Below the pieces are notes generated by a model, which did not search any database, was not told the origin of the DNA, and worked only from the letters and a program-made list of their open reading frames with translations. Source: an uncultured Phycisphaerales bacterium (GTDB lineage Bacteria > Planctomycetota > Phycisphaerae > Tepidisphaerales > Tepidisphaeraceae). Taken from it: a DNA stretch of 64,000 bases. This document shows, one piece after another, positions 46,821 through 57,611 of this stretch (position 1 is the first letter of the stretch; each line of letters opens with the position of its first letter). Location: positions 416,001 through 480,000 of the forward strand of contig CAWJPJ010000008.1 of the NCBI GenBank assembly GCA_963844715.1. Direction: 5' to 3'. A program made the translations under genes and the position numbers.

Positions 46821-46852
46821 TAGTTGCGAGTTGCCAGTTGCCAGTTGCCAGT
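46821..46852 (+). repeat. Left heptamer array (AGTTGCC)n
   Basis: tagttgcgagttgccagttgccagttgccagt. Confidence 0.92.
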
Positions 46853-46870
46853 GAAGAGGGCCAAGCATTT

Positions 46871-47242
46871 ATGCCAGTGAGGCATTATCGCGATCTCGTG
46901 GCGTGGCAGAAGGCAATGGACCTGGTCGTGGAAGTCTATCGGTTGACGCAGCGATTTCCGCGCGACGAGCAGTTTGGGTTGACCAACCAATTGCGAAGGG
47001 CTTCGGTGTCCGTGCCGTCGAATATCGCTGAAGGGCAGGGGCGGCGGCTGCAAAAGCAATTTGCCATGTTCCTGCGTGTGGCGCGGCTCAGTGCAGGAAG
47101 TCGAAACACAGCTTTTGATTGCCGAGAGACTTGGCTACGTAGAATCAGATCAGCTTGATGCCGTCCGCGCGTGCGCAAGAGGTAAGTCGGTTAGTCTCGG
47201 GACTAATCAAAGCGGTCGACCCCGCGTAACGGGAGGCATTGA
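46871..47242 (+). CDS. Four helix bundle protein (23S rRNA intervening-sequence protein family); frameshifted
   Basis: YRDLVAWQKAMDL, FPRDEQFGLTNQLRRASVSVPSNIAEG, SVQEVETQL, EVSRLVSGLI. Confidence 0.9.
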
Positions 47243-47273
47243 CTGGCAACTGGCAACTGGCAACTGGCAACTA
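47242..47273 (-). repeat. Right heptamer array, inverted relative to the left
   Basis: actggcaactggcaactggcaactggcaacta; 31 of 32 match to the reverse complement of the left array. Confidence 0.92.
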
Positions 47274-47284
47274 TTAAGTAAGTC

Positions 47285-49024
47285 ATGGAAATTAAAAAGG
47301 GCATAGGCGTTTCCCCCGGCGTGGTCATCGGCACGGCTCTCGTGCTCGACGCGGAGGATTTGGCTATTCCCAAGCGGCAGGTCGCGGTGGCGGGCGTCGA
47401 TGCGGAGATGGCGCGGCTCGATCTGGCAATCCAGGAGACGATCGGCGATCTCACTAAATTGCGCGACGACATCGTTGCCAAGCAGGGGCGGGACATTGCC
47501 GGGATTTTCGATTTTCACATCGGGATTCTGCGCGATCCGTCGGTGATCAAGCCGATGCAGCAGGAGATTACCGCGAATCATCGACCGCGGAGTATGCCGT
47601 CAGTTCGGTGATGCGGAAGTACGCCACGGTGTTTTCCACGATGGGAGACCGGTATCTGTCGGAAGCGCGTCAAGGACGTGCACGATGTGGAGCGACAGGT
47701 TCTTCGGCGGCTGATCGGGCAGAAGAAACTGGATTTGACGCGCCTGGACGCGGACGCGATCGTGATCGCGCACGACATGTTGCCGAGCCAGACGGCGACG
47801 CTGGACAAGAAGCATGTGAAGGGGTTTGCCACCGACGCGGGCGGGCGGACGAGTCATACGGCGATCGTGGCGCGGGCGATGGGCATTCCGGCCGTCGTGG
47901 GATTGGGCGACATCACCTCCGAGGTGAACAGCGGCGATCTGGTGATCCTGGACGGGAATCATGGCGTACTAATCATCGATCCGGACGAGCAGGTCGTCGC
48001 GGAGCATCGCGAATCGGAACGCCGGCGATTAAAGATCGAAAGCGATCTGGCCGCCCTGGGAGGACTCCCAGCGCAGACGCAGGACGGGCATCTGATTTCC
48101 CTTCAGGCGAATATCGAGTTTCCAGCGGAAGTGGATGATGCGCTTCGCCGCGGCGCCGAGGGGATCGGATTGTATCGAACAGAGTATCTTTATCTGGCGA
48201 GCGATCACGAGCCGAGCGAAGAGGAACATTACGGCGCTTATGCGGACGCGCTGCTCAGGCTCAAGAATCGGCCGCTCGTCATCCGCACGCTCGATTTGGG
48301 CGCGGATAAATATACTCAGGACCGCTCGGCGAGCCCCGAGCGCAATCCGTTTCTGGGCGGGCGCTCGATCCGGATGTGCCTGCGTGACATTCCGATGTTC
48401 AAGCGCCAGCTTCGCGCGATTATGCGAGCTAGCGTGCTGGGGGACGTGCGGATCATGTTCCCCATGATCTCCACGCTCATGGAGCTGCGGCAGGCGAAGA
48501 TGGTGCTCAACGACGTGATGGAGGAATTGGACGACGAGGGGGTGGATTTCAAGCGGAATATCTCCATCGGGATGATGATCGAAGTGCCGTCGGCGGCGCT
48601 GATGGCGGAGAAATTCGCCAAGGAAGTGAACTTTTTCTCGATCGGAACCAATGACCTGATCCAGTACACGCTGGCGGTCGACCGGACCAACGAAAAGGTC
48701 GCCGGGCTGTTTTGCCCGGGCCATCCGGCGGTTTTGGGGCTCGTACGCGACGTAATCCGCAAGGGCAGCCGCAGTAATATCGGCGTCAGCGTGTGTGGTG
48801 AAATGGCGGGCGAACCCCTGTACACTCTATTATTGTTGGGATTAGGCTTGACCACATTCAGCATGAGCGGGCCGGATATCCCGGAGATCAAGAAAATTAT
48901 TCGCTCCACGACGATGGAGCATGCGCGGCAGGTGGCGCGGAGGGTGATGACCTTCGACAGCGAACGCCAAGTCATGCACTACCTGCGCGATGAGACCCAG
49001 AAAATCGATCCAGAAGCGTTTTAA
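47285..49024 (+). CDS. ptsI: PTS Enzyme I; frameshifted
   Basis: GGRTSHTAIVAR, GIGLYRTE, NPFLG.RSIR, FSIGTNDLIQY, VCGEMAG. Confidence 0.95.
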
Positions 49025-49043
49025 AACGCAGACGAGGAACACA

Positions 49044-51515
49044 GTGTCGAAAGAAATGTTGATTAACGTCTCCCAGGGCGAGGAATGCCGAATCGCCCTG
49101 GTGGAAGACGGACGGCTCGAAGAACTGTACATGGAGCGCAGCAGCGCGACCAGTCATGTCGGCAATATTTACAAGGGGCGCGTGGCGAACGTCGAGCCGT
49201 CGATTCAGGCGGCGTTTATCGACTTCGGGCTTGGGCGCAACGGATTCCTGCACATCTCGGATCTGATGCCGCAGTATTTCGGCAGAAGGGGGCGATATTC
49301 AGGAGATCGTGGGCCGCAAGCTGGCGCGGCGCGATCGGCCGCCGATCCAGCGGTGCCTGCGCCGTGGCGATGAGATCATCGTGCAGATCATCAAGGAGGG
49401 GATCGGGACCAAGGGCCCGACGCTGAGCACGTATCTTTCCATTCCGGGGCGAATCCTGGTCATGATGCCGGGGATGAGCCGGATGGGCGTGTCGCGGAAA
49501 ATCGAGGACGACATCGAGCGGCGGCGTCTGCGGCAGATTCTCGACAGCCTCAAGCCGCCGAAGGACGTCGGGTTCATCATTCGAACGGCCGGCGTGGGAA
49601 AAACCAAGACGGAAATCCAGCGCGATCTGACGTACCTGACGCGGCTGTGGATGAATTTCGTCAAGAAGCGCGACAGCGGGCCGGGCCCGATGGAGCTTTA
49701 CACCGAGGGGGACCTGGTCACGCGGACGGTGCGCGATGTCTTCACGACGGACGTCGAACGAATCGTGGTGGACGACAAGGAAGTGGCCAAGCGAGTCAAG
49801 GAAGTGATCAAGCTCGCAAATCCGCGCGCGGAACAAGGTCGAGCTTTACGAGGAGACGTCGCCGCTTTTTCACAAGTTTGGGATTGAACGGGAAATTGAG
49901 CTGATGTATTCGCGGCACGTGCCGCTGCCTTCGGGGGGATCGCTGGTGATCGACAGCACGGAGGCGATCGTCGCGATCGACGTGAACAGCGGGAAATTCC
50001 GCGAGCACGCCGACGCCGAAACCACCGCGTTCAAGACCGATATCGAGGCAGCGGATGAAATTCCCCGGCAGTTGCGCCTGCGTGATCTGGGCGGGGTGAT
50101 TATTTGCGACTTCATCGATCTTCGCTACGAGCGGCATCGCCGCGATTTGGAAGGACGCCTGCACGCCAATTTTCAGAAAGATCGCGCCAAGACCAAAGTT
50201 TTGCGGATGAGCCAGTTCGGGATCATCGAGCTGACCCGCCAGCGCATGCGGCCGAGCCTGAAGCGGTCGATTTATTTCGATTGCCCGCACTGCAAGGGAA
50301 GCGGCCTGGTCAAAACGCCGGAGAGCATGAGCCTGGACGTCATGCGGCGATTGGCGGTCGCGATGTTTGATGTGCGGCGTGGCGCGGGTCGAACTGACGG
50401 TCGGGCCGGAAGTGAACTTTTATCTCCAGAATCGCAAGCGGGTGCAGATCGCGGAACTGGAGCGCCGAAGCGGCAAGCCGGTGATCATTCGTTCCGATCT
50501 GCAAATTGCCTCGGACGAGATCAGGCTGGCGTTGTTCGACGCGCGGGATGGGATGGTTTATCTGGAAGAGCTGGGGATGACCCCGGCCGAGCCGCTTCCG
50601 GCCAGGCATGTGGGACACGCCGGGCGGACCGATACCGGGCGCGGCGACAATCGGCGGCGCGGCGGGAGGAACCAACGGGACCGCGGGCACGGGCCTTATC
50701 CGCCGCCTTCAAGCCGCCCGCGCGAATTGCCCGAGCGTGACGAGGAGGAGGACGTAACGCGCGAGATAGAGGACGTCGAGGAGGATGTGGATCGGCGCGA
50801 GCAGGCCGAGGAAGAGGGGGAGGAAGTGATCGACTCGCCGGCCGAAGCGGTTTCGGGCGAAGAGGCGCCGGCGGCGCAGCAAGACGAATCCAGTCCGCCG
50901 CGGCGAGATTATCGAGACGACAACGGCGGGCAAGGCGGCCGGGGTCCGCGGCGCCGGGGACGGCGCGGCGGGCGCGGTCGCAACCGCGGCGGGTTCGATC
51001 GCGGAACCCAGCCGCAGGAACAGTCCGTCGGTGAAAGCGTCGGAGAACTGGAAATCGATACGGAAATTCGCGGCGAGATCGAAGAGGCGGAGCCCGAGGA
51101 GAATGGTGGCAACGCCGCCGAGTCCGAACCCAACGGAAACGTGTTGGAAGAAGACACCCAGGCGGATCTCGGGAACGAACTGAATTCCGACGAACGTCCG
51201 CAGCGTCGGCGTCGGCGAGGCCGCCGGGGAGGCCGGGGCCGGCGGCGTGGCGGCGCAGAAAATGCGCCTCAAAATATGAATCAGCGCGAGGAGCCTTCGG
51301 GACCTCGCCCGATGCGGGATCGCGTTCCGCCTCCGTCGCTGCCCGCGCCTTCGCCCCGGCAGGATGACGCACCGCGAGCCGCCGAGGCCACTACACTGAC
51401 ACGGACCGGCTCCGCGGATAAGCATTTGGTGCAGGATGAGCCGGTCGCTCCCCAGCCGCTGCCCAGACCGCGAACCTATCGCGACCTGGATACAATTCCG
51501 GATGATTTCGACTAG
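49044..51515 (+). CDS. rne: Rne/Rng-family ribonuclease with long disordered C-terminus; frameshifted
   Basis: GNIYKGRV, QAAFIDFG, AIDVNSG, RLRDLGG..DFIDL, CPHCKGSG. Confidence 0.92.
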
Positions 51516-51535
51516 GGTTCGCCTAGACTCCATGT

Positions 51536-53898
51536 ATGGAATTTTGGCAGCTCTTAGGTGATCTACATCCCAAGCTCGTTCAATTCCCGCTGGTGCTTTT
51601 GCTGGCGGGACTGGTCTTCGACGCCGGAGGATTCATCGCCCGCGCGCCGCGCTGGAACGACGCGGGGAAAATCCTCTCCGGGGCACGTTCTTTCTGCTCT
51701 TCGCGTTCATCTGCGGAATTTACGCCGAAATCTGGGCCGGCCGCGCCGGCATCCCACAGGAACAAATCGAATGGCACGAACTCATGGCGAATATCTCGAG
51801 CTGGGGATTCGTCATCCTCATGGCGTGGCGGCTGTTCCTCCGTCCGGAACATCGCAGATCGCTCATCATCTATATCGTGATCGGCTTGAGCTGGTACGGC
51901 CTGCTGATGATTACCGGATACCTCGGAGGGAGATTGGTTTTCGATTACGGGGCGGCCGTGCGCGGCGCGACGGCGAACAACGTCATTTCCCTTCACGACC
52001 TCAACGCCCTGGCGACGCGACAGACGGATGAAAATCTCCGCTACTCGGAACTCATGCACCACGTTTCGGGGTGGCTGACGCTGGCGCTGTCGGGGTCGCT
52101 TTTTGTGCACGCCCTGTGGCCCAAAAGAGCCGACAAGCTGAAATGGGTCGGCCCGGGATTGTTGCTGGTCGGCGGCATCTGCTTGTTTTTCTTCGCGGAC
52201 CTGGATCTGTATCGCCTGACCGATCTGCGGCAGCTTCGCGACCGCGAAGTGCAGTTGCATAAAACGCTGGCGATCGTGCTGGCGGTAGTCGGGGGGATCG
52301 GGCTGATGCGATTGCGCCGGCAGCAAGCCGCCGGGCGCAGAAGTTTCAGACTCCCTCGAAGGTCGTGGCGGTGATGGCGCTCATCGGCGGGGGGATGCTG
52401 TTCACGCACGTGCATACGGTGGCGCCGTACGCGAACGTGGCGGCGGGCGTTTATATCACGCACGTCGTCATGGGATTGACGGCGCTGGGGATCGGCGCGG
52501 CCAGATTGCTTCAGGACGCGATACCTAAATACCGGCGGCCGCTTGGGGTTGTGTTCGCGACGCTCATGTGCGTCGAGTCGATTCTGCTCATCACTTACAA
52601 CGAGGGATTGCCGTGGTTCATCGGTTATGGCCAGTACCAGCGATGGGCCATTCATGCCAATGGAACGGTCGCGCCGTATGGTCCGATTCGCGGCGAATTG
52701 ACGTTTGATCCATCCAATCAGCGGATGGATTTGTATGTCTACGATAAATTGAAAAATGATCCGGTTCCGGTGCCCGCGCGGCAGGTCGATATGCTCATTT
52801 CGCAGGGATATAACGAAATGACGGTACCGCTGGCGGCAGTCGGCGACGGGGATATGGCGTGGCACTTTTCCGCGGTAGAGCCGGCGCTGAAAAATATTTC
52901 GGCGTTTTGCGCGGGCGGCGCTGCCGATCGGCTCGAAGATGAAGATGGGGTATTTCGATCCGTGGGTGGTGGATTTGATCAAACCGGTGCCGCCGAATGA
53001 GGTGCCGCTTTATCAATGTCCGATGCACGATGGGATCATTTCGGAGACGCCGGGGATTTGTCCGCTGTGCGGGATGCCGCTGGTTCGGTATATGCGGTAT
53101 CCGCGACCGACGCTGCACGATGCGGATTACGACATGCGGCTGGATGTTTCTTCCCAGGCGCTGGCGGGAAAACGGATGCTATTGAAGTTTACGCCGTTGC
53201 ACAATGGAGAGCTGTTCCGCGATCTGGCGGTGGTGCACGAGCATTTGATGCACTTGATCATCGTGTCGGCGGATCTGACTTTTTTCGAGCACGTGCACCC
53301 GGTGATGCACGCGGATGGGTCGCTGACGTTGCCGTATACGTTTCAGAAGCAGGGGACGTATCTTCTGTTCGCGGATATTACGCCGCAGGGGCAGCGCGGG
53401 CAGGTGTTTCGGCTGCCGGTGATTGTGGATGATGCGGCGGGGAAGCCGCCGGAACTATTGGATGATCCGCCGGATTTGGTGCCGACGGCGGCGTCATGCG
53501 AATCGATCGCGGGCCATCCGGACATGACGGCGGAGCTGATTTTCCAGCCGCGCGTTCCGACGGCGGGATTGCATATGAACTTTCTCTTCCGGCTTTACAG
53601 CGATGGACGGCCGGTGAACGATCTGCGGCCATACATCGGGGCGATGGGGCATTGCGTGATTATTTCGGAGGACACGCAGATTTACCTGCATTGTCATCCG
53701 GAGCAGTTGCTGGCGCCGTCGCCGGATGCGCGCGGGGGGCCGGACGTGCCTTTTCATACGATTTTTCCGCATGCGGGGAAATACAAGATATGGGGACAGT
53801 TCAGGCGCGGGGACAAAGTGGTTATCGCGGAGTTTGTCGTCGATGTGAAATCGCCGATTCTGCCGCCGCGGGTCATTAACTTTTTGCTCGACGACTAG
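51536..53898 (+). CDS. DUF2231-like membrane domain fused to heavy-metal-binding and His-rich domains; frameshifted
   Basis: HPKLVQFP, TGYLGGRLVFDYG, YQCPMH...CPLCGM, HEHLMHL..HVHP, MGHC..HCHP. Confidence 0.7.
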
Positions 53899-54788
53899 GG
53901 CCTGTCTGATGAATCGCTTTTGGTTATAAATAGCGGTTTTCAGACGAGGTGTCACGGATGCGACGTTATGAGCTCACGGATGAGCAGTACGAGTTGATCG
54001 GCGATCTGCTGCCCGGCAACGGCAAGCGCGGCGGGCAGTGGAACGACCACCGCACCACGCTCAACGGCATGTTCTGGATTCTGCACTCGGGCGCTCGAAT
54101 GGCGCGAGATGCCCGAACGTTACGGCAGATGGCAAAGCGTCTACGACCGCTTCAACCGCTGGAGAAAGGACGGAACGATTGATCGAATCCTCCAGCGGCT
54201 GCAGATGAGGTTGGACAAGCAAGGACGAATCGACTGGGACCTGTGGTGCATCGACGGCACCAATGTGCGAGCCAGTCGATCCGCCGCCGGAGCCAGAAAA
54301 TCAAAACCGCCCCGGAAGAACCGGCGGATCACGCGTTGGGCCGCAGCCGAGGCGGGTGGGGCAGCAAGCTCCACCTGGTTACTGACGGCCAGGGAGTTCC
54401 GCTCGCCGTCGAGGCCAGCGCCGGCCAATGCCACGAGAGCCGGTACGTGGAGCCGGTGATGAACGCGATGCGCATTGGTCGCCGCCGTCGTCGCCCCAGG
54501 AGGCTGGCGGGCGACAAGGGATACAGTTACGGAAATGTGCGGCGATGGCTGCGTCGCCACCGAATCCAAGCGGTGATCCCGGCGAAATCGAATCAGCCGC
54601 CGCAGGAGAACTTTGATCGCAAGGCGTATCGCCGACGGAACGTGGTGGAGCGTTGCGTGAATTGGATGAAGGAGAATCGCCGCCTGGGCACGCGTTACGA
54701 GAAACTGGCGGTGAACTTTCAGGCCATGGCCAAGCTCGCCATGATCCGTCGCTATTTCAGGATTTTGGATTCATCAGACAGGCCCTAG
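53895..54788 (+). mobile_element. IS5-family insertion sequence, copy 2 (inverted relative to copy 1)
   Basis: Same ends and near-identical internal sequence. Confidence 0.95.
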
Positions 54789-54873
54789 GAAAACGCCAAC
54801 GGATGGCCATCCGCTGGCTTTCGGGCGCGCCTATCATTTTGCATTCCGCAAGCGCTTGCGGTATTAACTCGGG

Positions 54874-56419
54874 ATGCTCCACGACGAGATCATTCCCATC
54901 CTCGATTTCGGGGCGCAATACTGCGCAATTGATCGCGCGGCGGGTGCGCGAAAAAGGGGTCTATAGCGAACTGGTGCGCCCGGATATTCCCGCGGCGGAA
55001 CTGGCGAAAATGAATCCCAAGGGGATCATCCTCTCGGGCGGACCGGCGAGCGTTTATGAAGAGGGTGCGCCCAAATGCGACCCGGATATTTTCAAGCTGC
55101 CGATGCCGATTTTGGGGATTTGCTACGGGATGCAGTTGGGGGCGGAAATTCTCGGCGGGCGCGTGAAGCCGGGGAAGGCGCGGGAGTTCGGGCGGGCGAA
55201 ATTGCATGTGGTGTCGGACGATCCGCTGGTGCGGGGCCTGCCGCAGGATACGACGGTTTGGATGAGCCACGGGGATCAGGTGGATGAACTGCCGGAAGGT
55301 TTTATTGCGCTGGCGTCGACGCCGACGTGCAAATACGCCGCGGCGCGGCATGTGGGCCGCCCGTTTTACGCGGTGCAGTTCCATCCGGAGGTGACGCATA
55401 CCCCGCGCGGCGAGCAGATCTTTCAGAACTTCCTCTACGACATCTGCAAATGCGCCGGTTCGTGGACGATGGGGAATTTCGTCGATGAGCAGGCGGCGGC
55501 GGTTCGCAAACAGGTGGGAAGCGGGAAAGTCATCTGCGGTCTGTCGGGCGGCGTGGACAGCTCCGTCGTCGCGGCCATGCTCCACAAAGCCATCGGCGAT
55601 CAGCTCATCTGCATCTTTGTCGATAACGGCTTGCTGAGAAAAAACGAGCGGCAACTCGTCGAAGCGACCTTTCGCGATCACTTCAAGGTAAAACTGATCG
55701 TGGAGGACGCCACGGAGCAGTTTTTGTCGGCGCTGGATGGCGTGACCGATCCGCAACATAAGCGCAAAGTCATCGGGCGGGAATTCATCGAGGCGTTCAA
55801 GCGGGCGGCCAAGGCGATTCCAGGAGCGCATTTTCTTGCCCAGGGGACGCTCTACCCCGACGTGATCGAAAGCGGGCATGGCTACGCCGGAAAATCGGCG
55901 AATATCAAGCTGCATCACAACGTGGGCGGCCTGCCGGAAGAACTCGGCTTCGAACTCGTCGAGCCGCTTAGGGACCTATTCAAGGACGAGGTGAGGCAAG
56001 TAGGGGAGGCGCTGGGCTTGCCGGAGTCGATCGTCTGGCGGCATCCGTTCCCGGGGCCGGGACTGGGGGTGAGAATCGTGGGAGCGATCACGCCGGAGCG
56101 GCTGCGCATATTGCGAGACGCCGATGAGATCGTGCTCGAAGAATTGATCGCGGCGAATTTGTACCGAAAGACGGCGCAGGTGTTTGCCGTGCTATTGCCC
56201 ATCGGAACGGTCGGTGTCATGGGGGATGCCCGGACATACGACGGCGTCATCGCCATCCGGGCCGTGGAGAGCCAGGATTTTATGACCGCCGACTGGGCGC
56301 GGATTCCGTTTGACGTGCTGGCGACGATGAGCAATCGGATTATTAACGAGGTTCGCGGGGTTAACCGCGTCGTTTACGATATATCTACGAAACCACCGGC
56401 GACGATCGAGTGGGAGTGA
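54874..56419 (+). CDS. guaA: GMP synthase (glutamine-hydrolysing); frameshift near 5' end
   Basis: [39 protein letters not shown]. Confidence 0.97.
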
Positions 56420-56425
56420 GCTTCA

Positions 56426-56758
56426 ATGAAATTGCCAAACAGGGCGCAGGCAATCATTGAGGACAACAAGATCCGGGATTATTTGCTAAGTCCGCTGCAT
56501 CGTCACGGACGCCATCACGCGGAATTGTTCCGTCGATTGCTGGGCATCGAGCGCGATTCCTGGCAGCGTCTTCACGCGGCATTGCTTCAGGCCGCGAAGG
56601 ACGAGGAAGCCATTCTCGGGCGCGACAGCAAATACGGCACGAAATACGAGATCAAATTTTCGATGACGGGTCCGGCCGGAAGCCGTACAATATTGAGCGT
56701 TTGGATGATCCGCGCCGGCGAGTCGGCGCCCCGTTTGGTGACCGCCTACGTGGAGTGA
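56426..56758 (+). CDS. DUF6883-like protein
   Basis: KIRDYLLSP.H.GRH..LF, YGTKY, SVW, PRLVTAY. Confidence 0.7.
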   Translation: MKLPNRAQAIIEDNKIRDYLLSPLHRHGRHHAELFRRLLGIERDSWQRLHAALLQAAKDEEAILGRDSKYGTKYEIKFSMTGPAGSRTILSVWMIRAGESAPRLVTAYVE

Positions 56759-56761
56759 ATT

Positions 56762-56992
56762 ATGTCGCCATCCATTGTGGACTTGGACATCGTTGCTCTG
56801 TTGCGCGACTTGCCGGATGAGAAACTGGAGCGGGGCCAGACCGGTACGGTCGTCCTCACGCATGGGAACGGCGAAGCATACGAAGTCGAATTTATTCTCC
56901 ATACCGGCCGCTCCATTGTCGCGACCGTCACCCGGGAGGATCTGCTCAAGCTCAAGGGTTTCCAGCCCTCCGTGTCCGCTCCGGCCGCTTGA
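56762..56992 (+). CDS. DUF4926 protein
   Basis: LDIVALLRDLP...L..GQTGTVV...AYEVEF. Confidence 0.82.
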   Translation: MSPSIVDLDIVALLRDLPDEKLERGQTGTVVLTHGNGEAYEVEFILHTGRSIVATVTREDLLKLKGFQPSVSAPAA

Positions 56993-57058
56993 ACGAAAAT
57001 GACAGGGGTATGGCTTCTTGCGCAAACGATGCGGACTCGGTATGGTCTTATTTGATAT

Positions 57059-57601
57059 ATGGCATCGACTCAGGGCAAGTTGTTGATTGCTTCGCCGCGA
57101 CTGGTGGATCCGAATTTCATGCGCACGGTGGTGCTCATGGTGCAGCACAATGAACAGGGGGCGCTGGGTCTGGTTCTGAATCGGCCGCTGGAGTTGACGG
57201 TTCGCGACGCGTGTAAGGAGAGCCTGCCGGAACAGTGCGAGGTGGAGCAGGTCTTGCATCAGGGCGGGCCTTGTCAGGGTCCGCTGATGGTGATTCATGC
57301 CAACGAACTGTCGAAGGATTCGGATGTCTTCCCCGGCGTCTATTTCACGACGGAGCGGGGCAAGATTGAGATTCTTCTCAAGCAGTCGGACGCGCGGGCG
57401 CGGTATTTCGTGGGATATTCCGGCTGGGGGCCGGGGCAGCTCGAGGCGGAGATGGAAGTGGAATCGTGGCTGGTCGTGCCGGCGGAATCGGACATGATCT
57501 TCGACGGCAAACCCAATCTCTGGTCGAAACTGATGACGCGGCGGATGATGGATCATCCGACCGATCTATCCAACATCCCGGATAATCCGTCGATGAACTG
57601 A
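57059..57601 (+). CDS. YqgE/AlgH (DUF179) family protein
   Basis: GKLLIASP, DPNF.RTVV, GLVLNRP, GYSGWGPGQLE. Confidence 0.92.
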   Translation: MASTQGKLLIASPRLVDPNFMRTVVLMVQHNEQGALGLVLNRPLELTVRDACKESLPEQCEVEQVLHQGGPCQGPLMVIHANELSKDSDVFPGVYFTTERGKIEILLKQSDARARYFVGYSGWGPGQLEAEMEVESWLVVPAESDMIFDGKPNLWSKLMTRRMMDHPTDLSNIPDNPSMN

Positions 57602-57611
57602 TCGCATTGCA

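Noticed and set aside
46821..47273. CRISPR array or diversity-generating retroelement
   Set aside because: Heptamers are contiguous with no spacers; no cas genes, reverse transcriptase or TR/VR pair were seen.
33229..54788. Composite transposon
   Set aside because: The cargo is housekeeping genes and copy 1 has matching flanks of its own, indicating independent insertions.
54653..56419. GuaA with a long N-terminal extension
   Set aside because: The extension is off-frame IS5 and intergenic sequence; the real start is at 54874 with an early indel.
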